Origin: Candidatus Omnitrophota bacterium
GTDB lineage: Bacteria > Omnitrophota > Gorgyraeia > Zapsychrales > Fredricksoniimonadaceae
Assembly: GCA_015228785.1 (NCBI GenBank)
Contig: JADGCU010000002.1
Coordinates: 16,509-80,508, forward strand
DNA: 64,000 nucleotides
Direction: 5' to 3'
Shown: positions 58,083-64,000 of the stretch, piece after piece
Layout of the letters: every line of letters starts with the position of its first letter
Numbering within the stretch: the stretch's first letter is position 1
The notes under the pieces: model-generated
The model's database searches: none
What the model saw: only the letters and a program-made list of their open reading frames with translations
Told to the model about the DNA's origin: nothing
Translations under genes and position numbers: made by a program

Positions 58083-58745
58083 ATGAGCATGTTAAAGCCA
58101 GGAAGAATTCTTTTAATGGGTGTATTTTTAGTAGGGGTTGTGGGGGCAGCGCATGCCGCTTCTGATGAGGATGTTGCTGCTCTCAAGAAACAGGTGGCTG
58201 AACTTCAGGCCAAGGTTGTGGTCCTTGAAAAGAAGCTCATTGATTCAAATGAGCCGGCAGGGGATCCTCTTGCTTATGAACTCATGGATCCTTTTTCTGA
58301 GATGAGAGCTATGCAACAGCAGATGGATGCTCTTATGGGGACGCAATTTGGCGGCTATGGTCCGGCTCGAGGGAGGGGATTTAGGGCCGTAGCCCCTCAG
58401 ATTACTTTTAATCCGGATTATGATATGAAGGAAACGGATAAGGCGTATGTGATCACCTTTGATATGCCGGGAATGGATAAGTCCAAGATCAATGTTGAGA
58501 TCAAGAATGGAGTTCTTGTCATCTCTGGTGAGAGATTATCGGAGTCGAAAGAATCTCAGGGAAACAAGGTTTATCGTCAGGAGAGAAGTTTTGGATATTT
58601 TTCTCGTGTCATTCCGTTGCCGAAGAATGCTAAGGCTGATTCGGTTCAGGCTAAGTATGATAATGGCGTTTTGATAGTCACGGTTGATAAGAAAGAAGTT
58701 CTGGCGCCAAAGGCTGAAGAGCAGAAAAAGATTGAAGTGAAGTAA
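58083..58745 (+). CDS. Hsp20/alpha-crystallin family protein with an N-terminal signal peptide (predicted periplasmic sHSP)
   Basis: Signal peptide …VGVVGAAHA/ASDE, a coiled segment, then an alpha-crystallin domain (…KAYVITFDMPG…GVLVISGER…GVLIVTV). Confidence 0.75.
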   Translation: MSMLKPGRILLMGVFLVGVVGAAHAASDEDVAALKKQVAELQAKVVVLEKKLIDSNEPAGDPLAYELMDPFSEMRAMQQQMDALMGTQFGGYGPARGRGFRAVAPQITFNPDYDMKETDKAYVITFDMPGMDKSKINVEIKNGVLVISGERLSESKESQGNKVYRQERSFGYFSRVIPLPKNAKADSVQAKYDNGVLIVTVDKKEVLAPKAEEQKKIEVK

Positions 58746-58868
58746 AGGGTTTATCGGCCGTTGCTTGAGCCCGTTAAGAATTCTTCAGCGGGCTCAGGCG
58801 ACAAACGATACATAAAATTCTAATTTAAAGACCGTTCTTTGAAAGTTTGTATAACATTGATAAGTTGT

Positions 58869-58897
58869 TTGACACAGGAGTGTCTTTTTTTTATAAT
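58869..58897 (+). promoter_or_regulatory. Consensus sigma70 promoter TTGACA-N17-TATAAT upstream of hrcA
   Basis: Exact consensus hexamers. It lies inside the longer track ORF (58839..), which supports the downstream hrcA start. Confidence 0.55.
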
Positions 58898-59003
58898 GCG
58901 CGCCTGGCAAACGATCGACAAGAGTGCTAAATCTCAGTTTTTTATTTGTGGCTTCTGGCATGGGCCAGTGGCAACCGGGAAAACACTATTGACAGGTGTG
59001 ATT

Positions 59004-59732
59004 ATGCGGACAGATCCTCAACACAGAAAAGATGCGGTCTTGGGAATTGTGGTCAAACAGTATATCCATACGATCACGCCCGTGAGCTCTGCGTTTATTG
59101 CTGATGAGTATGAACGTGATGTAAGTTCAGCGACCATTCGTAATATCCTTGTCGAGCTGGAGGCAGATGGATATTTGACGCATCCGCATACTTCTGCCGG
59201 GCGCATGCCTACTGAGCGCGGGTATCGCTATTATGTTGATTTCTTGATGCAGGAGATTGCACTTTTGGAGGAAGAACGTCATCGGGTTCACAGAGAATAT
59301 CAGGACGGGATCCAGGAACTGGAGGCGCTTGCTGAAAAGACGACGGAGATCGTTTCCGATTTAACGCATTGTGCAAGTATTGTCATGATTGACGGTCTTT
59401 CGCACGGGTATGTTTTTAGAGGATCAAATTATCTTGCTGAGGCGGTCGGAAGTTACAGTCTTCAGAAGATGGCGATGATCTTAAGGACCCTTGAGGAGAA
59501 AGAACGGATCCTTGAGGTTCTTCGTCGGGACCTGGATCGGAAGATCAAGATTTATATCGGGCAGGAAACGGCGTGTGAGGCCTTTGATGAGTGTGCGCTA
59601 GCGGTGTCGCGGTTTCAGACGCGTCGCGGTCCATCGGGACGCATTGCGGTTTTGGGGCCAACCCGGATGGATTATCAGCGTGTTGTGTCAGCTTTGGAAT
59701 ATGTGTCAGATGTTATTCATGAAATGATGTGA
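59004..59732 (+). CDS. hrcA: Heat-inducible transcription repressor HrcA (short form, 242 aa)
   Basis: Winged-helix signature …SSATIRN…LE..GYLTHPHTSAGRMPTERGYRYYVD. Start at ATG 59004, downstream of the consensus promoter. Confidence 0.75.
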   Translation: MRTDPQHRKDAVLGIVVKQYIHTITPVSSAFIADEYERDVSSATIRNILVELEADGYLTHPHTSAGRMPTERGYRYYVDFLMQEIALLEEERHRVHREYQDGIQELEALAEKTTEIVSDLTHCASIVMIDGLSHGYVFRGSNYLAEAVGSYSLQKMAMILRTLEEKERILEVLRRDLDRKIKIYIGQETACEAFDECALAVSRFQTRRGPSGRIAVLGPTRMDYQRVVSALEYVSDVIHEMM

Positions 59733-60292
59733 TGGAGATTATGTCAGAAGAAAAAGATATCAGCATTGATCCGCCCCCTGAGGGTGCGGAAACGCTTGAA
59801 AAGCTTCAGCAGGAATTGGGCGAGGCTAAGGATAAGTATATTCGTCTTTTTGCCGAGTTTGATAATATGCGCAAGCGTAATCAACGTGAGCGCGAGGAAC
59901 TGATCAAGTATGCCCATGAAGAGGTGATTATTGAACTTTTGAGTTTTTTTGAGGATTTTGAGCGGACGCTTGCGGCGGCTAAAACAAATCCTCTTGAAGG
60001 CGCTTCACTTGTGAAGGGCGTTGAGATGGTCATGAAGCGCATGCAGGATCTTTTAAGAAACTATGATGTGAAGGAGATAGAGGCCTTAGGTAAAAAGTTT
60101 GATCATAATCAGCATGAGGCTTTGATGGTCGTGGAATCAAATGATCATGAAGATGAGACCGTCATTGAAGTGTTTTCAAAGGGATATTTATTGGGCAATC
60201 GCGTGGCCAAGCCCGCTAAGGTTAAGGTGGCTCGTAAGCCTTCGGAGTCGTTGGAGGTTTCGGAAGAGAGCAAGGATTTAAAGGAGAAGTAA
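59729..60292 (+). CDS. grpE: Nucleotide exchange factor GrpE
   Basis: …KYIRL.AEFDNMRKR… GrpE signature. ATGA overlap with hrcA. Confidence 0.85.
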   Translation: MMEIMSEEKDISIDPPPEGAETLEKLQQELGEAKDKYIRLFAEFDNMRKRNQREREELIKYAHEEVIIELLSFFEDFERTLAAAKTNPLEGASLVKGVEMVMKRMQDLLRNYDVKEIEALGKKFDHNQHEALMVVESNDHEDETVIEVFSKGYLLGNRVAKPAKVKVARKPSESLEVSEESKDLKEK

Positions 60293-60428
60293 AAAGGAAA
60301 AGCAGTTGTCAAGAATCAAGGATTTGGCAGGAACGGGCTTTGGATCCAGGCTCGTTCTTGATTAAAGCATGATAATTGATATCTGAAACAAACAGGAAGA
60401 ATAACTCAAGTTTTCAGGAGGTAGTGAT

Positions 60429-62336
60429 ATGGCAAAGTTTATTGGAATTGATTTAGGGACATCGAATTCAGCGGCTGCTGTTATGGAAGGCGGGCGTCCG
60501 GTTATTATCCCGTCAGCCGAAGGGGCCGGCGTGGCATCAGGAAAGGCGTTCCCGTCATTTGTAGCTTTTACCAAGGACGGGCAGAGGCTCGTCGGAGAAC
60601 CCGCGCGTCGTCAGGCGGCCATGAACTCGGAAGGGACCGTCTATGCGGCCAAGCGCAAGATGGGGACAGATCATAAGTTCAAGGTTCTGGGGACAGATTA
60701 CACGCCGCAACAGATCTCGGCGTTTATTCTTCAGAAGATCAAGGCGGATGCAGAGAAGTATCTTGGTGATACAGTCGAGGGCGCGGTTATTACGGTCCCG
60801 GCGTACTTCAATGACAATCAGCGTCAGGCGACTAAGGATGCTGGTGAGATCGCGGGGCTGAAGGTTCTTCGTATTATCAATGAACCCACAGCAGCGTGTC
60901 TGGCGTACGGCATTGAGAAGGCCGGCAAGGAACAAAAGATCATGGTGTTTGACTTAGGCGGTGGGACGCTGGATGTCACGATTCTTGAAATGGCCGAAGG
61001 GGGCACATTTGAGGTCCTTTCGACCAGCGGGGACAATCTTCTCGGTGGTACTGACATGGACAATTCTCTCATTGCGCATATAGTTGATGAGTTCCGCAAG
61101 GAAACGGGCGTAGATCTTTCCAAAGATAAATCAGCTTTTCAGCGTTTGCGTGAAGCTGCGGAGAAGGCCAAGGTGGAATTGTCTTCAACAATCCAGACGG
61201 ATATTAATCTTCCTTTTATTACGGCGGATGCCAATGGGCCGAAACATTTGACGCTCTCTTTGGATCGTGCGAAATTGGAAAGCTTGGTTGGCCCGATCGT
61301 GGATCGTTGTCGTGGGCCGATCCGTCAGGCCATGAAAGATGCGACAGCCAAGTTGGGGTCGGAAGTCAAGATCGATAAGATCATTATGGTTGGTGGTCCG
61401 ACACGTATGCCGATCGTTCAGGCATTTGTTGAAAAAGAAGTAGCCCAGAAGATTGAGCGGGGTGTGGATCCCATGGAGTGCGTGGCGTTAGGCGCTGCGG
61501 TTCAGGTCGGGATCATCAAGGGAGAAGTCAAGGATGTGCTCTTGCTTGATGTGACGCCGCTTTCTCTTGGCATTGAGACGTTGGGTGGGGTATTTACCAA
61601 GATTCTTGAGCGTAACACGACGATCCCTACCAAAAAGAGTCAGGTTTTTTCGACGGCAGAAGATAATCAGCCTGCGGTCACGATTCGTGTGCTTCAGGGT
61701 GAGCGCCAGATGTCGAATGACAATGTTGAGCTTGGTCGTTTTGATCTTATCGGGATTCCGCCAGCACCGCGCGGCGTGCCGCAGATCGAGGTCACCTTTG
61801 ACATTGACGTGAACGGGATCGTCCATGTTCATGCCAAGGACAAGGCGACCGGCAAGGAGCAGTCGATCCAGATCACTTCCCCCAAGAAGCTTTCGGAGGA
61901 TGAGATCAAGAAATTCGTTCAAGAGGCTGAGAAGTTTGCTGAGTCAGACAAGAAGCTCAAGGAAGAGGTTGAGCTTTTAAATCAGGCCAATACGCTTCTT
62001 TATTCGACAGAGAAAGCCCTTAAGGATTACGGCGACAAAGTTCCGCAGGCGGAGCGTGATACAATTCTCAAAGAGCTTGAGGAGCTCAAGCTTGCGATTA
62101 AGGACAAGGCCGCTGATCGGATCAAGTCCGGGATGGAGACGCTTCAGAAGGCGAGTCATAAATTGGCCGAGGAGATCTACAAGGCGAGTGCCCAGCAGCC
62201 AGGTGCTGGCGCAGAGCCCGGTGCCGGTCCACAGACCGAAACCATGAATCCCGGCGGACATGAGAAGAAGGAAAGTCCGTCAGGAGCAAAAGATGATATC
62301 ATCGACGCTGATTTTAAAGCGGAAGATGGCAAATAA
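60429..62336 (+). CDS. dnaK: Chaperone DnaK (Hsp70)
   Basis: [19 protein letters not shown] and [11 protein letters not shown] Hsp70 signatures. Confidence 0.95.
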   Translation: MAKFIGIDLGTSNSAAAVMEGGRPVIIPSAEGAGVASGKAFPSFVAFTKDGQRLVGEPARRQAAMNSEGTVYAAKRKMGTDHKFKVLGTDYTPQQISAFILQKIKADAEKYLGDTVEGAVITVPAYFNDNQRQATKDAGEIAGLKVLRIINEPTAACLAYGIEKAGKEQKIMVFDLGGGTLDVTILEMAEGGTFEVLSTSGDNLLGGTDMDNSLIAHIVDEFRKETGVDLSKDKSAFQRLREAAEKAKVELSSTIQTDINLPFITADANGPKHLTLSLDRAKLESLVGPIVDRCRGPIRQAMKDATAKLGSEVKIDKIIMVGGPTRMPIVQAFVEKEVAQKIERGVDPMECVALGAAVQVGIIKGEVKDVLLLDVTPLSLGIETLGGVFTKILERNTTIPTKKSQVFSTAEDNQPAVTIRVLQGERQMSNDNVELGRFDLIGIPPAPRGVPQIEVTFDIDVNGIVHVHAKDKATGKEQSIQITSPKKLSEDEIKKFVQEAEKFAESDKKLKEEVELLNQANTLLYSTEKALKDYGDKVPQAERDTILKELEELKLAIKDKAADRIKSGMETLQKASHKLAEEIYKASAQQPGAGAEPGAGPQTETMNPGGHEKKESPSGAKDDIIDADFKAEDGK

Positions 62337-62346
62337 GGACGCCAGG

Positions 62347-62388
62347 CACATGGCACATGTCACAAGAAGTGCGGGAACTTTTGTGCTT
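62347..62388 (+). promoter_or_regulatory. Stable hairpin between dnaK and dnaJ
   Basis: Roughly 13-bp stem ATGTCACAAGAAG…CTTCTTGTGTCAT with no T-run. Probably an intra-operon attenuator or processing element. Confidence 0.4.
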
Positions 62389-62423
62389 CTTGTGTCATGC
62401 GCCTTGTGTTTAGTGTTAGGGGC

Positions 62424-63548
62424 ATGAAAAAAGATTATTATGAAATTTTAGGCGTCAAGAAAGAAGCGAGTGCCGATGAGGTCAAAAAGGCCTATCGTCA
62501 GCTTGCACTTCGTTTCCATCCTGATCGCGTTGAGGAGCCTGAAAAGAAACAGGCTGAGGAGAGATTTAAAGAGATCTCGGAAGCCTACGGCGTTCTGTCA
62601 GATGCCAAGAAGCGCGAACTTTACGATCATCATGGGCATGCCGGGATCGATCAGAATTACACTTCCGAAGATATTTTCCGCGGGGCTGACTTTTCGAGTG
62701 TTTTTGGTGACGGCGGGATCGATGACATTTTGGGGCAGTTTTTTGGTGGTTCTATGGGCGGTGGCGGACGCCGGCGTCGGGGGCCGGCGCGCGGGCGCGA
62801 CATTCAATATGAAGCCGAGTTGACTCTCGAGGAAGCTTTTTCCGGGATCAAGAAGTCGATCAAGGTTCCGCGCAATGAAGTGTGTCGTGATTGCCAAGGG
62901 AATGGTGCCAAGAATGGATCGGCTCTTGCGAGTTGTCAGACTTGTGGTGGGCAGGGACAGGTCTTGATGAATAGCGGATTTTTTCGTATGGCCCAGACGT
63001 GTCCTAATTGCCGGGGTGCTGGTCAGATCATTAAGGAAAGTTGCCCGAGTTGCCAGGGGCGGGGATCAACCAAGCATGTTCGCAATATCGAGGTCACGTT
63101 TCCTAGGGGTGTGGACAATGACTCGCAGCTTCGCATTCGTGGAGAGGGTGAGATTGGCCCGGGTGGTTCAGGAGAGCTATATCTTTTTGTTCGCGTTAAG
63201 GAGCATCAGACATTTCGTCGTGCGGGCAATGACCTTGAGATCACAATGCCCGTGACGTTTGTGAAGGCCGCTCTCGGGGCTGATATTAGTGTTCCAACGG
63301 TCGAAGGTAATGTGACGATGAAGCTCCCACCCGGGACTGAGGGCGGAAAGGTCTTTCGTGTTAAAGGCCGGGGGATGCCGGACCTTCGTTCAGAGGAGCT
63401 CGGGGATCTTTATGTGCGCGTGATGATCGATGTGCCTAAGAAATTATCTGCTGATCAGAGGCGATTGCTGGAAGAGTTTGCCAGGGCCAGTGGTGAGAGT
63501 GTTGCGGGGGATGGATTAAAGGATAAGATAAAGAAAGTATTTAAATAG
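62424..63548 (+). CDS. dnaJ: Chaperone DnaJ
   Basis: J-domain (HPD), a G/F-rich region and four CxxCxGxG zinc-finger repeats. Start at ATG 62424. Confidence 0.9.
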   Translation: MKKDYYEILGVKKEASADEVKKAYRQLALRFHPDRVEEPEKKQAEERFKEISEAYGVLSDAKKRELYDHHGHAGIDQNYTSEDIFRGADFSSVFGDGGIDDILGQFFGGSMGGGGRRRRGPARGRDIQYEAELTLEEAFSGIKKSIKVPRNEVCRDCQGNGAKNGSALASCQTCGGQGQVLMNSGFFRMAQTCPNCRGAGQIIKESCPSCQGRGSTKHVRNIEVTFPRGVDNDSQLRIRGEGEIGPGGSGELYLFVRVKEHQTFRRAGNDLEITMPVTFVKAALGADISVPTVEGNVTMKLPPGTEGGKVFRVKGRGMPDLRSEELGDLYVRVMIDVPKKLSADQRRLLEEFARASGESVAGDGLKDKIKKVFK

Positions 63549-63599
63549 GCACAAGATGCGGGGCACATGATGCCACTTGTGTCTTTAAGGAGTTTTGTT

Positions 63600-63872
63600 A
63601 TGCCAACTTATGAATATGAATGTTCTGCCTGTGGCCATGCGTTTGAGGCGCTTCAGACCATGACTGAGGACAAGCTTAGCAAATGTCCTAAGTGTAAAAA
63701 GAACAAACTGGCGCGTCTGATCGGTAGCGGCAGTGGGGTTATTTTCAAGGGAACAGGGTTCTATGAGACAGATTATAAGAAAAAGTCGGAGTCAAAGCCT
63801 TCTTCAAAAGATGCACCGTGTGCTTCTGGCTCCTGTCCTATGAAATCTTCTGGGGGATGTGGCGCAAAATAG
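63600..63872 (+). CDS. FmdB-family zinc-ribbon protein
   Basis: MPTYEYEC..CGH…C..C signature. The C-terminal tail is Cys/Ser-rich. Confidence 0.55.
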   Translation: MPTYEYECSACGHAFEALQTMTEDKLSKCPKCKKNKLARLIGSGSGVIFKGTGFYETDYKKKSESKPSSKDAPCASGSCPMKSSGGCGAK

Positions 63873-63908
63873 CTCTTTTTTGTTCTTAAACTGAATTGAT
63901 TTGAAAAG

Positions 63909-63936
63909 AAGGGCTTCTTGAGAGAGCCCTTTTTTG
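63909..63936 (+). terminator. Rho-independent terminator
   Basis: Stem AAGGGCT/AGCCCTT followed by T6. Confidence 0.55.
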
Positions 63937-64000
63937 TTTTAAGTGGCCTGAGCGCTGGCTTAGGAACGAAAAAGGGATGTTTTTTTGGGCTGAGATTGAC

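Noticed and set aside
1-64000. CRISPR arrays, rRNA/tRNA genes, IS elements, integrases or prophage genes.
   Set aside because: I saw no repeat-spacer periodicity, no tRNA-like cloverleaf signatures and no transposase- or integrase-like ORFs in any frame.

Overview
This is a gene-dense bacterial chromosomal segment of roughly 47-49% GC. Almost every gene is on the + strand. The exceptions are two short minus-strand blocks at 10069-11822 and 33435-34526 and two tiny minus-strand genes near 30.1-30.3 kb. The gene content suggests a diderm: an Mla phospholipid-transport operon, a YdbH/YnbE/YdbL-like AsmA-family cluster, a type II secretion (T2SS)-type pseudopilin, and an M48 lipoprotein protease. 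Recognisable housekeeping blocks are: mlaE-(lipoprotein)-mlaF-mlaD; mscS; yggT, ybaB, greA; a de novo purine operon (purB-purC-purS/S/L-LOG-purQ-purM-purD-purE); a B. subtilis-like ywlC(tsaC)-ywlE-rpiB-glyA block with tsaC and ywlE fused; nrdR, the CCA enzyme, miaA-hflX; and a heat-shock neighbourhood (an HspR-like regulator, two Hsp20 genes, hrcA-grpE-dnaK-dnaJ). Other contents include a sugar-modification and glycosyltransferase cluster (Gfo/Idh/MocA oxidoreductase, hexapeptide acetyltransferase, Ppm1/DPM1-like glycosyltransferase family 2 (GT2) enzyme) flanked by several large GT-C-like/TMTC-like membrane proteins; a hybrid histidine kinase with an Hpt protein; DAHP synthase, ferritin and a glycoside hydrolase family 5 (GH5) enzyme; and an ABC-F/Smr pair. 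I saw no rRNA, tRNA, CRISPR array, transposase or integrase. The features most worth follow-up are listed below. (1) A GC-rich (~57-60%) 1083-aa secreted protein of unknown function with its own promoter and terminator and an internal lipoprotein-signal-like segment. (2) Two tandem tiny minus-strand genes encoding Lys/Ala-rich peptides of 26 and 16 aa, each with a canonical ribosome-binding site, promoter and terminator. (3) Several unusual fusions: PurS-PurS-PurL, TsaC-LMW-PTP and Macro-NUDIX. (4) A signal-peptide-bearing, probably periplasmic, Hsp20. (5) A long structured leader upstream of a DUF2059 gene. (6) A candidate polyprenol-phosphate-sugar / GT-C periplasmic glycosylation system. 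All calls rest on reading the translated ORFs and the DNA by eye. I ran no database searches.
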